In this document: positions 27,594 through 36,225 of the stretch, piece after piece
Layout of the letters: every line of letters starts with the position of its first letter
Numbering within the stretch: the stretch's first letter is position 1
NCBI GenBank assembly: GCA_964536565.1
Contig: CAZHXK010000002.1
Coordinates: 1 to 39,320 of the forward strand
DNA from: an uncultured Gammaproteobacteria bacterium
Lineage (GTDB): Bacteria > Patescibacteriota > Patescibacteriia > Magasanikbacterales > GCA-002688135
Direction: 5' to 3'
Length of the DNA: 39,320 nucleotides
Program-made: the position numbers and the translations under genes
Notes under the pieces: model-generated
Told to the model about the DNA's origin: nothing
What the model saw: only the letters and a program-made list of their open reading frames with translations
The model's database searches: none

Positions 27594-27618
27594 TAAAAAA
27601 CCGAGGATATTTCCTCGG
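27594..27618 (-). terminator. intrinsic terminator of the 27625..28404 gene
   Basis: CCGAGGA/TCCTCGG stem (27601-27607 / 27612-27618) preceded by A6 on the plus strand, which is a T6 run on the minus strand. Confidence 0.65.
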
Positions 27619-27624
27619 TGTGCT

Positions 27625-28404
27625 CTACAGGCCGTAACCCTGGACCCATGTTTTTAAGTATGACGCTGCTCCGGTATTTTCGGGCTTTTTCACCATGCCG
27701 TATTCACAGAGCCATTTCTGTGTGCGGTCCCATCCGAGGCAGTATTCTGCACCCCCACCCTGGTAGTTACCACTGTTTTGAAATGCACTACTTACTGCTA
27801 ATACGTTCAGGCGAGTACTTACACGTGATACATGCAAGAGTAAGGCAACAAGCTCTGTCGCCCCCAAGCCCATTCGCCCAGCAGTCGTTCGCTCGCTCAA
27901 CAGCCTCCGCGCAGATGCACCGCTGTTTCCTCGCGTAGCCAAGCCCATCTCAATATCCAACATCAAATAGCAATCATCATGCGCACTCTTCTGATCCAGC
28001 CGTGCGAATCGCACATCAGACGCACTACGCAGCCCTGCACACTTCACTTGCGCCTTTATGGGAATCTGACATGCCGGAATAGCAATGACAAATGGAATTC
28101 GTCCGGGTTTTACTTCCGGGATATGATGCAAGCCTTCACGTAGTCGCTCAAGCTGACACCTCATATCTTCTTCAGCTGACGGACCTGCTGTCATGAATCC
28201 CTTCTCTACAAGCGTCGCAATCTGACGATCAAACTCTACTTCGTACTCAGCGAGCCGCTCTTGATCTGTTCTCCGGTGCAGCTCTGTGCGTGCTTCACGT
28301 ACAAGCTGTTCCTCATCTTCTGACGCAACCTGTTCTAACGTCATCGTTGTTTGCCTAACAATTGCATCCCACCTCACATACTTCGTCCGCATGCGATCAG
28401 ACAT
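27625..28404 (-). CDS. hypothetical protein (259 aa), visibly GC-richer than its neighbours
   Basis: A long uninterrupted ORF with protein-like composition and its own terminator. I could not assign a family confidently. Confidence 0.65.
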   Translation of the reverse strand: MSDRMRTKYVRWDAIVRQTTMTLEQVASEDEEQLVREARTELHRRTDQERLAEYEVEFDRQIATLVEKGFMTAGPSAEEDMRCQLERLREGLHHIPEVKPGRIPFVIAIPACQIPIKAQVKCAGLRSASDVRFARLDQKSAHDDCYLMLDIEMGLATRGNSGASARRLLSERTTAGRMGLGATELVALLLHVSRVSTRLNVLAVSSAFQNSGNYQGGGAEYCLGWDRTQKWLCEYGMVKKPENTGAASYLKTWVQGYGL

Positions 28405-28508
28405 GTTTTCTCTCTTTGTATACCTGTGTTAAAGAACGCTGTAATCTACTACATTTTTACACTCCTGTCAAGACTCGCAGCAAAAAAATATACCGTGTGA
28501 GGTATATT

Positions 28509-28853
28509 TTAAAACGCGGGATATTCTTTTCTCTCTGTTTCCATTTTATCTAATTGAACATAGACTTTTCCATCTTCTTCCCATATTTTGTATGAGCCTT
28601 GTGATTCTTTTCCAAAACCCTGTCCTGTTTTGAAATGGAATTCCCAGTAGTGCCATGGACATACAATCTTGTCTCCCTTCATCCAACCATCACATAACGG
28701 GCCGTCCTTATGTACACACTTTGAAGTGATGCACCCCAGCTCTCCATCTTTTCGAAAGACAGCACAGTCTTCGAAACCAACAACCACTTTCTTTCCTTTT
28801 CCCTCTGGAAAATCTTCTGAGTTTCCAATGCATTCAATATTTTTATCTGACAT
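28509..28853 (-). CDS. small Rieske [2Fe-2S] domain protein (NirD-like)
   Basis: Rieske motifs CVHKDGPLC...CPWHYWEF (CxH-x17-CxxH). The ORF begins at 28871, but that ATG lies inside a repeat copy, so the ATG at 28853 (MSDKNIE) is preferred. Confidence 0.85.
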   Translation of the reverse strand: MSDKNIECIGNSEDFPEGKGKKVVVGFEDCAVFRKDGELGCITSKCVHKDGPLCDGWMKGDKIVCPWHYWEFHFKTGQGFGKESQGSYKIWEEDGKVYVQLDKMETERKEYPAF

Positions 28854-28865
28854 AATTTCTAGAAA

Positions 28866-28900
28866 TGTCATCCTGAGCGTTTTAGTCGAAGGATCCCGTT
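28866..28900. repeat. family-A palindromic repeat unit (forward), followed by a degenerate inverted partner up to about 28945
   Basis: TGTCATCCTGAGCGTTTTAGTCGAAGGATCCCGTT is identical over 35 nt to 32329-32363. The downstream CTCCGCTGCGCTTCGGATGTTACG resembles the reverse unit. Confidence 0.85.
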
Positions 28901-29063
28901 GGTCTACTGCCGAGTTCTTTCTCCGCTGCGCTTCGGATGTTACGCCGCTTCGGGCGATTTTTAATACTCCGCTCTGCCGTGCAGAGCTGCGGCACTTATA
29001 GTAACGGAAAAGAATGCTATCGCATTCGTTTTCCTAACTTGCTCAGAGCTTTCATGCCAATCT

Positions 29064-30152
29064 TTAGAGCTCTACAAGCGAATTATCCCCAATCACTAAC
29101 TTGTGTCCCGATGGCTTAGTATCATTAGCTGCAACTACCGTTGCACCCTTTCCGATAATGGAATCAGCAATCCGTTTAGGACATTTTATCGTAACATCGT
29201 CGAAAACGATAGAGTGCTCAATTTCGGTTTGATAAATTTCACAATTATTTCCGATTGAAGTGTAGGGGCCGATGTATGAGTTATGAATAACACAGTTGTC
29301 GCCAATTGTTACAGGCCCACGAATGAGCACACCATCAGCAATGACCGTTCCTTTTCCAATCGCAACCTTCCCTTGAATGTTCGCATTATGTGCTACGTTT
29401 GCTTCAGCATGTACACCGACATCACCTGTTTTAATTTCGTCTAAAATAAACTGATTTCCAATGAGCAAGTCCTTTGGCTTTCCTGTGTCCTTCCACCACC
29501 CCGTGATTTCTTCGTATCCAATGTTTAAATTATTGTCGATGTAGTATTGATGAATGTCTGTGATTTCGTATTCACCACGATGTGAAAGCGTCATGTTCTC
29601 AACTGCATCGAGTGCATGCTTATCGTAGAGATAAATTCCTGTGATCGCGTAGTCAGATTTCGGTGCACTTGGTTTTTCCTCAACGCGAATAATTCTTCCA
29701 TCGACAATTTCTGGCACACCGAACCGTTCCGGATCAGGAACTTTTGATAATGCCAGCAAACAATTCATGTTGTCATTTTTGAAACGTTGCACCATTGCGG
29801 ATAGATCTGCGAGCAAAATATTATCACCAAGATACATGAGGAATGGCGTACCATCTAGAAAACCATGATCCTTTGCATTCTTCACAATATGAGCCAATCC
29901 TTTCGCACCACCCTTTTGTTCAATGTATGTAAGTTGGCATCCGAACTGCGATCCATCTCCGCACGCCTCACGAATCTCAGTCTCGCCTGGATTTACGTTG
30001 ATAGCTATATCAGTTACGCCAGCCGCTACAATTTTATCAATAGCATAAGCAAGCATGGATTTATTTGCCAAAGGGATGAGGTGTTTGTTTCGGTTCCATG
30101 TGATGGGGCGGAGGCGTGTTGCGTGCCCGCCGGCGGTGATGAGTGCTTTCAT
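29064..30152 (-). CDS. sugar-1-phosphate nucleotidyltransferase, long form with C-terminal left-handed beta-helix (RmlA-long-like)
   Basis: 362 aa with the N-terminal MKALITAGGHATRLRPIT (GGxGTRL-type) motif and C-terminal hexapeptide repeats (IGDNCVIHNSYIGPYTSIGNNCEI). Confidence 0.88.
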   Translation of the reverse strand: MKALITAGGHATRLRPITWNRNKHLIPLANKSMLAYAIDKIVAAGVTDIAINVNPGETEIREACGDGSQFGCQLTYIEQKGGAKGLAHIVKNAKDHGFLDGTPFLMYLGDNILLADLSAMVQRFKNDNMNCLLALSKVPDPERFGVPEIVDGRIIRVEEKPSAPKSDYAITGIYLYDKHALDAVENMTLSHRGEYEITDIHQYYIDNNLNIGYEEITGWWKDTGKPKDLLIGNQFILDEIKTGDVGVHAEANVAHNANIQGKVAIGKGTVIADGVLIRGPVTIGDNCVIHNSYIGPYTSIGNNCEIYQTEIEHSIVFDDVTIKCPKRIADSIIGKGATVVAANDTKPSGHKLVIGDNSLVEL

Positions 30153-30185
30153 ATTTTAGGGTGTAGGGTGTAGTTTCTTACACGT

Positions 30186-30225
30186 GTCATTCCGGACTTG
30201 ATCCGGAGTCTACTTCGAAAGTAGA
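30186..30225. repeat. intergenic hairpin cluster (family B: GTCATTCCGGACTTGATCCGGAGTC, plus TCTACTT-CGA-AAGTAGA)
   Basis: A TCCGGA/TCCGGA 6-bp palindromic stem and an adjacent 7-bp hairpin. Its GTCATTCCGG start resembles the family-A GTCATCCTGAG start. Confidence 0.6.
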
Positions 30226-30263
30226 TGCCCCGATCAGTTCAGAGTATGACGTGTGCTGGATTT

Positions 30264-31445
30264 TTACCAAACAATCAGTTTTCGTGCAATTCTCCAGTAA
30301 ACATTCAAAATAGGGTTTGCAATGTATTTTAGCGCCGGATTTTCAATTTCCTGAAACTCCACCTTCCCTACAACGCCTTTTAAAAGTTGCTTGTCTGAAA
30401 TCGTTCTTATTGATGTAATCTTTTTTCGCTGTTTCATGATGTGTTTCCACGTCGATGGTTTGAGAAAATACATTTCCGTACGAATTTTTGTCCCGAACCA
30501 ATTTCCCGCAAGTGCATAAAACCACATCCCGAAATCCATGAACATGAGCGCAGGAGTGATCAGGAATATAGTACGCCATTTGAAGAATGTAAGGATAGTT
30601 AAAAATCGATTTCGTTCCATGTAATAGATCTGTCGTACTGATCTACCAAATTCGTACTTGTGATACATGATGGATTTTTGTGCGAGTACAATTCTGTATC
30701 CAGCTATCTTTGCTTTGAGTGAAAGCTCAAGATCATCGTGATACATGAAATATTCTTCGTCGCATCCACCGACGTATTCCGCAACGTTTCGTTTGATGAG
30801 TAGTGATGCACCAGATGCAGAGTAGATGTCTTTTATCCACGCAGTACTCCTCCCCTTTTCAAGGGGAGGCTGGGTGGGGTTACTGCTACCCTCCCCTGCC
30901 CCCTCCCTGAGAGGGAGGGGAACTTTTCTAGTAGCCTCGCTCTCGTATTCTCGTGTTGTAATATCCTCATCTTTATATCCATCACAGAAACTAAACCCCA
31001 AATAATGAAACAGATTCCCAACCGAATTAATCTTCGCATCTGTCTTATCTTGTTGCCACAACAAAATCTTCGCCTGTGCGATACCGATCGTATCATCTGA
31101 ATACGCTGCGTCCACCAGCTCCCTCAGCCACTCACGATCGAACTCTGTATCCATATTTACAAGTGCTGCTGCGTCACATCCATCCTGCCACGCCATCTTC
31201 ATACCAATATTATTTGCATGTCCCCATCCATTCCCCTGCGAAGCTATCACCACAGCCTCTGGATACATTTCTTTCAATCGATTGAAACTTTCTACTGTCG
31301 ATGCATTATCGATAATGTAGACAGTATACTTGTCTCGAGGATAATTGAGTTTTTCAAGCGTTTCACGTGCAGGTGCCAAAAAACGATCACAGTAGTGTTT
31401 GTAATTAATGAGTACGATGCCGATTTTGTGTGTGTATGTGTCCAT
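30264..31445 (-). CDS. glycosyltransferase family 2 carrying an in-frame repeat-derived insertion
   Basis: 393 aa with a GT-A N-terminus (IGIVLINYKHY...YIIDNAST) and the downstream GGCDEEYFMYHDDLELS motif. An insert of about 30 aa (PLPLREGAGEGSSNPTQPPLEKGRS) is encoded by a double-hairpin element. Confidence 0.85.
   Translation of the reverse strand: MDTYTHKIGIVLINYKHYCDRFLAPARETLEKLNYPRDKYTVYIIDNASTVESFNRLKEMYPEAVVIASQGNGWGHANNIGMKMAWQDGCDAAALVNMDTEFDREWLRELVDAAYSDDTIGIAQAKILLWQQDKTDAKINSVGNLFHYLGFSFCDGYKDEDITTREYESEATRKVPLPLREGAGEGSSNPTQPPLEKGRSTAWIKDIYSASGASLLIKRNVAEYVGGCDEEYFMYHDDLELSLKAKIAGYRIVLAQKSIMYHKYEFGRSVRQIYYMERNRFLTILTFFKWRTIFLITPALMFMDFGMWFYALAGNWFGTKIRTEMYFLKPSTWKHIMKQRKKITSIRTISDKQLLKGVVGKVEFQEIENPALKYIANPILNVYWRIARKLIVW
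30848..30920. repeat. double-hairpin G/C-rich element (family C) inside the GT2 coding sequence
   Basis: Hairpin 1 is CCTCCCCTT-TTC-AAGGGGAGG (30849-30869). Hairpin 2 is CCCCTCCCT-GAG-AGGGAGGGG (30900-30920). Each has a perfect 9-bp stem. Confidence 0.75.
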
Positions 31446-31469
31446 TTTTGAAATTAATGCGCTCTTGAA

Positions 31470-32282
31470 TTAATCCTTGATCGCCCGCCACTTCCACATG
31501 TACTTCATCCAGCTCTTCACATGCGTACGTGTCAGTGAATTTAGTGCGACCGCTTTAATGCCTTTTACTTTTGCACTGTCGCGTTGCCAATGATGACGAA
31601 TGCGCACGTCATGTACGTAGTAAATTGGCTGATGGTGATTCCAGAATCTTCGACACCAATCCATATCTTCAAAGTACATGAAATACTCTTCGCTCATTAA
31701 CCCAACTTTTTTGAGCGATTCAGCACGAACAAACATAGCTGAACCCATTATACACTCTACTGGCTGTGTTTGCTTGTGATCCCATTCTTCCATCAAGAAA
31801 TTACGAATTGCTTTTCGGCCGCGTTTAGTATTTCCGAGTGCAGTTCGCCGATACATTGGCACCATGCGCGATGGGAAACGCCAGCATGACAACTGCAGAG
31901 ATCCATCGGTGTTTAAAAGTTTTGGCGCAGCCATACCAACTTTTTTGTTTTCTTCCATGAACGAATGAAGTCGATCGAGCGTTCTATCTTCAAAAAATAC
32001 CAAGTCCGGATTTACAACAAAATAGTATTTCGCTTCAACTGCCTGTATTCCCCTATTCACTCCTCCACCATATCCAAGATTTTCAGAGAGAAAAACAGAC
32101 GTAAGATTTGTGCACCCACTTTCTCCAATAATATCTCGTACATTGTCATCTGAATTATTATCAACCACAACGATGCGAATATTTAAATTTGAGTTCTCGC
32201 ACTGCGTTTTGAGTCCTGAAAGAGAGGCCTTCACAAAGTTAGCCATCTTAAAGTTTACAAGTATAACGGCGATGTCGTGCAT
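31470..32282 (-). CDS. glycosyltransferase family 2
   Basis: 270 aa with VILVNFKM...VVVDNNSDD and EYFMYFEDMDWCRR motifs. Confidence 0.88.
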   Translation of the reverse strand: MHDIAVILVNFKMANFVKASLSGLKTQCENSNLNIRIVVVDNNSDDNVRDIIGESGCTNLTSVFLSENLGYGGGVNRGIQAVEAKYYFVVNPDLVFFEDRTLDRLHSFMEENKKVGMAAPKLLNTDGSLQLSCWRFPSRMVPMYRRTALGNTKRGRKAIRNFLMEEWDHKQTQPVECIMGSAMFVRAESLKKVGLMSEEYFMYFEDMDWCRRFWNHHQPIYYVHDVRIRHHWQRDSAKVKGIKAVALNSLTRTHVKSWMKYMWKWRAIKD

Positions 32283-32328
32283 ATGATTAGTGTGTAGGAA
32301 TTAGAGCGTAGAGTGTAGTTTCTTTTAA

Positions 32329-32413
32329 TGTCATCCTGAGCGTTTTAGTCGAAGGATCCCGTTAATATTCCGACGAGATCCTTCGACTCTGCTGCGCGCC
32401 GCTCAGGATGACA
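32329..32413. repeat. composite inverted repeat of two family-A units (MITE/REP-like, 85 bp)
   Basis: The left arm 32329-32363 (TGTCATCCTGAGCG...TCGAAGGATCCCGTT) and right arm 32376-32413 (GAGATCCTTCGA...CGCTCAGGATGACA) are in inverted orientation. The right arm supplies the last codons (LSS*) of the 32403..33338 gene. Confidence 0.85.
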
Positions 32414-33338
32414 ATCTTTTTGCTTTATGTCTCATTTTCCGTGCTTTCACCAAAATCTCTGGCCAGGCCAGCAAGACGTGAGGTTCTCGGAATAATAGAT
32501 AAAAGAATTTTCCTGTTTCGTAGCTGATGATGTGCGCTGCGTCTGGAATAAATGTTTTTTTAGTTTCGTGCTTAAACAACATCCACATGTGATTTCGGTA
32601 TGCACTGTATCGAGCTGTGTATGTACGATGCGATCTTTTAACGTTTTGAGCCACCGTTCTATCGTGATATGCAATCGCTCCATACACCGTTGATGATGCG
32701 TATCCCAACTTTTTCAATCGATGGGCTACATCCACATCTTCCTTATACATAATGAAATCCTCGTCGAATAGTGTACCAGTTTTCTTGATAGCGTCTACTC
32801 GATACATCGGAAGTGTTCCGGACACACCAAACACATGCTCGTATACTGGATAGTCCGCAAGATGTTCATGCGTAATTGTTTCCCCCGCCTTAATGTCGAC
32901 AGCTTTTCTGTTTCGCTTGAGCGTGATACCGGCCGAATCGATCGTTGCGGCGCTGGATTTCTTCCCATCGAATCGAAGAATGAGTCCTGCGCATGATGCA
33001 ACAGAAGGGTATGTTTCCATATGAGCCATAAGCTTCCCAACATAATCTGGCTTGAGAACCGTATCCTGATTAATCAACAACACATATTTCTGTGTCGTTA
33101 TTTTATCAAACAGATCGTTGTGTGCACCAACAAACCCAGAGTTATGATCGAGTAATTCTAAGTATGCATTCGGGAAAAAGGAATGCGTGTATTGTCGGAG
33201 CCACTCTTGCGTCCCATCTGTACTTCCGTTGTCACGAATCTGAATACGAACATCTTTGTATGTTTGAGATGCGAGGGATGCAAAAAGTTCTGGGAGATAT
33301 GTTAACCCGTTGTATGTGACGATGTGTATTCCTACCAT
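32403..33338 (-). CDS. glycosyltransferase family 2 (rhamnosyltransferase-like)
   Basis: 311 aa with IHIVTYNG...IRDNGSTDGT and DEDFIMYKEDVDVAHR motifs. Confidence 0.85.
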   Translation of the reverse strand: MVGIHIVTYNGLTYLPELFASLASQTYKDVRIQIRDNGSTDGTQEWLRQYTHSFFPNAYLELLDHNSGFVGAHNDLFDKITTQKYVLLINQDTVLKPDYVGKLMAHMETYPSVASCAGLILRFDGKKSSAATIDSAGITLKRNRKAVDIKAGETITHEHLADYPVYEHVFGVSGTLPMYRVDAIKKTGTLFDEDFIMYKEDVDVAHRLKKLGYASSTVYGAIAYHDRTVAQNVKRSHRTYTARYSAYRNHMWMLFKHETKKTFIPDAAHIISYETGKFFYLLFREPHVLLAWPEILVKARKMRHKAKRLSS

Positions 33339-34102
33339 AGACCGTGCTTAGAGAAATACTTTCGCATGCTTGAAAGAAACATTATTTGTTTTTTGGTAGT
33401 GCCCACCTGCGCGAATGATTGACCGACAAGATCAACCGCAACAATGCGAGGATGATAGAGAACTTTGTATCCTGCATTTATAGCTCGCTTACAGAAATCC
33501 ACTTCTTCGAACCACAGAAAGAATCGCTCGTCAAGTGCGCCAATTTTTTCTATGACGGCTCGTGGCATGGCGAAAAAAGACCCTCGGATTGAATCTACAT
33601 GAGCTGGTTTCGTGTAATCGAAATCTCGACAAAGATACGCGTCGAGTGTTGAAGGAAATATTTTTGAAAGCTTTGATACGACGGGGAATTGGTTCCGTGC
33701 TGTCGGGAATGCTCTGACATGCGGAACAATCTCCCCTTCTTCATTTTCCAGGCGTGCACCAATCACGCCTGCTTGTGGATTTTTATCAGCAACATCCAAA
33801 AGATTCTTTAGCGTGTCTTCTTTGAGACGCATGTCAGGATTTAACCAGAGGATGAGTTTTCCGGATGCTTTTTTTATCGCTCTGTTTACCGCACGCGAAC
33901 ATCCTGCATTGTGTGTGTTTTGCATGAGATGCATGACCGGAAATTCTGAGAGTACCATATCTGCCGATCCATCCTGAGAATTATTATCCACAACAAAAAC
34001 CTCATAATCGAGGTTTACTCCAGCCTTTTGAATGGATGTGAGACAGTCACGCAATATATCCTTCACATTCCACGAAACGATAACAATCGAGAGGTCTTTC
34101 AT
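33332..34102 (-). CDS. glycosyltransferase family 2
   Basis: 256 aa with SIVIVSWN...VVDNNSQDGS and DERFFLWFEEVDFCKR motifs. Confidence 0.88.
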   Translation of the reverse strand: MKDLSIVIVSWNVKDILRDCLTSIQKAGVNLDYEVFVVDNNSQDGSADMVLSEFPVMHLMQNTHNAGCSRAVNRAIKKASGKLILWLNPDMRLKEDTLKNLLDVADKNPQAGVIGARLENEEGEIVPHVRAFPTARNQFPVVSKLSKIFPSTLDAYLCRDFDYTKPAHVDSIRGSFFAMPRAVIEKIGALDERFFLWFEEVDFCKRAINAGYKVLYHPRIVAVDLVGQSFAQVGTTKKQIMFLSSMRKYFSKHGLW

Positions 34103-34111
34103 ATCACCGAA

Positions 34112-34139
34112 ATCTTATCATTTGAGCCATTTTAGTCAA
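34112..34139 (-). promoter_or_regulatory. candidate promoter of the GT2 gene string
   Basis: On the minus strand, TTGACT (34139..34134), a 16-nt spacer, then TAAGAT (34117..34112). Confidence 0.35.
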
Positions 34140-34379
34140 TCAATTGTCATCTTACGTATCCTTGTTTATATCGGGTTTGGTATTGACAAAACCTTAATTT
34201 CATTGTCGTATTTTGCCACGTGCACTTTCATGCGTACTGAAGCTCTTTATCAATATCGGGTCTCTCGCGGATGAGCGTGTTGATCATGAACTTTCAGATG
34301 TGGTGATACGTTTCAGAAATAATTTCTGCGGTTTAGTGGAAGCTAAGCCAAAGAAGTTTTTCGGGGATGTAGCCCGCTA

Positions 34380-34799
34380 ATGAAAATCGACGGCACACAG
34401 CTGATTCGATTCATTCAACAGATGATGGCAGCGAATACTCCTATTACCAGCAAACAACTCCTCGCACTTCAGAAAAACCCGGCCGGCCCGATCATGCCCG
34501 AGGATTCGCTCGCATCAGTGGCGCTTGCTGGGGATATTTTGACTCTCAGCTCTCGTGGTGGTGATGTCGTTATCATTCGTGAGGAGCAGACAGGTCCTGA
34601 GACGCAACACCTCATCGTCCGACAAGGGCGCATGATGGACGACCCTTCCATATGGAAAAGCTGGAAGTTGTGTCATGTTGGGTACGACAAATGCTACGCG
34701 AAGCTCTGTGGATTCACCTCTGATAAACGACCTGTCGTCCTCGTTCACGAGGTTGAACTCGATAGCACGCAAAGCCACAAGCATGCTCTTCGTTGGTGA
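34380..34799 (+). CDS. hypothetical protein (139 aa)
   Basis: An uninterrupted plus-strand ORF in an otherwise minus-strand cluster, with protein-like composition. No family recognised. Confidence 0.55.
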   Translation: MKIDGTQLIRFIQQMMAANTPITSKQLLALQKNPAGPIMPEDSLASVALAGDILTLSSRGGDVVIIREEQTGPETQHLIVRQGRMMDDPSIWKSWKLCHVGYDKCYAKLCGFTSDKRPVVLVHEVELDSTQSHKHALRW

Positions 34800-35442
34800 G
34801 GACACGATTCTAGATCATGAAAATATCAAATTCGCCCGAGTCATGCGCTATGGCTCGCTGGTCTACATCACTTCTCGTAAACCTTGCGGACACCTCCCCC
34901 CCATTGAACGAATGATCCGCATCAAGTCGTCCTACGAGCGAGGCATGCTGGAATCCGCTGAAGGGCACCTCTCGCAAGTGTCGGAGGTGTTCGCCTGTCC
35001 TGTGGTCGATCTCGATGGCAACCTCTTGTTCACCAAAGGCATGCAGGGAAAAGCAGGCACCTCAGACACAGCAGCGACTGAATCCGGCGACAAGCTTGAT
35101 TGCTTCCCTTGCATACACGACATTGTTATCGATGACAGCGGATCGGCAGTTATCGTCTATACGGGCAAGGCTTCTGCTCTGGACTCTACTTACGATATAC
35201 GCAATGCACATCATTTTCCCGAAGCCCTGAAGGAATCGCATTTCGGTGGTTTCTTTATTTCAAAGGGAGGTGTGTTCTGCTACATCGGCACCACAACACG
35301 ACACTCGAAGCTGTGTTGGTTTGTTGATGGACAAGAAGGCCCCGGGTTCAAGCGGATCACTCACACATTCCATCGTGGTGATGATCTCTGCTACTACGGC
35401 CTCTACGAAGGCCATCTCCACCTCATGAAGCTGCCTGTGTAA
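34783..35442 (+). CDS. hypothetical protein (219 aa from ATG 34783)
   Basis: The ORF is 34675..35442. The 5' 108 nt overlap the previous ORF and translate to low-complexity sequence, so the ATG at 34783 is preferred (17-nt overlap with the upstream stop). No family recognised. Confidence 0.55.
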   Translation: MLFVGEDTILDHENIKFARVMRYGSLVYITSRKPCGHLPPIERMIRIKSSYERGMLESAEGHLSQVSEVFACPVVDLDGNLLFTKGMQGKAGTSDTAATESGDKLDCFPCIHDIVIDDSGSAVIVYTGKASALDSTYDIRNAHHFPEALKESHFGGFFISKGGVFCYIGTTTRHSKLCWFVDGQEGPGFKRITHTFHRGDDLCYYGLYEGHLHLMKLPV

Positions 35443-35451
35443 GCTTCACCG

Positions 35452-35477
35452 CCGAGACAACATGTCTCGGTTTTTTA
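35452..35477 (+). terminator. intrinsic terminator of the plus-strand gene pair
   Basis: CCGAGAC-AACAT-GTCTCGG followed by TTTTTT. Confidence 0.75.
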
Positions 35478-35509
35478 TACAAAAAAGCACCCTGTCGGAT
35501 GCGTATACA

Positions 35510-35803
35510 CTATACTCTCAGTGACTCAATGACTCTTGCAAATTCAACATTTGCCGTGGGGACGTCTGGCGCATAGCACCACTGATTGGAAGCCCTAATG
35601 AGAGACATACTTTCGACGTTCTCCTGCCTGCGTAAATATGTGCGCATAGGTTTTGGAGTCGTCGCGGACTTTTTTGGATCTGGTATGACAACGACGCTGA
35701 ATACTCCGTAGTTATCTTCCTGTGTTTCTACCCGCAATAGGACGGGCGTAATAGACCCAACACACTTGCAAATCATATCTCCAACTTCCGGTGCTTTACA
35801 CAT
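35510..35803 (-). CDS. small hypothetical protein (97 aa), paralog of the upstream gene
   Basis: It shares LLRVE / ILRVD and QWCY motifs with the 35796..36146 product. It overlaps that gene by 8 nt. Confidence 0.5.
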   Translation of the reverse strand: MCKAPEVGDMICKCVGSITPVLLRVETQEDNYGVFSVVVIPDPKKSATTPKPMRTYLRRQENVESMSLIRASNQWCYAPDVPTANVEFARVIESLRV

Positions 35804-36146
35804 GAGCTATCTCTCCATCTTTATTCTTCTTCTTTTTGGATTTCTGTTTTGAAACATAACACCATTGACCATGCATGCCAATATCATCCTTTTTTTGTAC
35901 TTCTGATGCAGGATGAAGTCGCACAATCGCGCTTTTTTTCTTGACCTCCTTTTTCCCGTCTTTAATCCCCGGAAATTTGAATTGTGACGACGTAGGACGC
36001 ACTTCATATGTGTGTGCATGCGGATCATCAACCCGTAGAATCTGACACTCAACCCGATAGCACTGTCCAATAGCAATATACACACGTGTCCGTGGTGATA
36101 TAGGCACTATCCCCTCCCCTTTGTATGAATGAACGACATAAGACAT
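35796..36146 (-). CDS. small Lys-rich hypothetical protein (116 aa)
   Basis: An ORF with a Lys-rich tail (SKQKSKKKKNKDG). It is a paralog of the downstream 97-aa ORF (QWCY motif). Confidence 0.5.
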   Translation of the reverse strand: MSYVVHSYKGEGIVPISPRTRVYIAIGQCYRVECQILRVDDPHAHTYEVRPTSSQFKFPGIKDGKKEVKKKSAIVRLHPASEVQKKDDIGMHGQWCYVSKQKSKKKKNKDGEIAHV

Positions 36147-36225
36147 GCTAGCAAGATGATGCAGTCATGTCAAAGGTACTATAGACTTAGCTGGATAACA
36201 TACATCAACAATGCGTTTTGTATAC

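Noticed and set aside
34675-34782. 5' extension of ORF 34675..35442, or a single frameshifted gene spanning 34380..35442.
   Set aside because: The extension translates to low-complexity sequence (TTNATRSSVDSPLINDLSSS), while the overlapping frame of 34380..34799 looks protein-like to its stop. I therefore call two genes with a short overlap. A frameshift remains possible and is flagged in the findings.
36145-36173. TTGACA-17-TAGCAT promoter-like match upstream of the 35796..36146 ORF.
   Set aside because: The -10 hexamer overlaps the ATG start codon itself. A transcript from it would begin inside the ORF, so either the match is fortuitous or the ORF start is wrong. The data are insufficient to call it.
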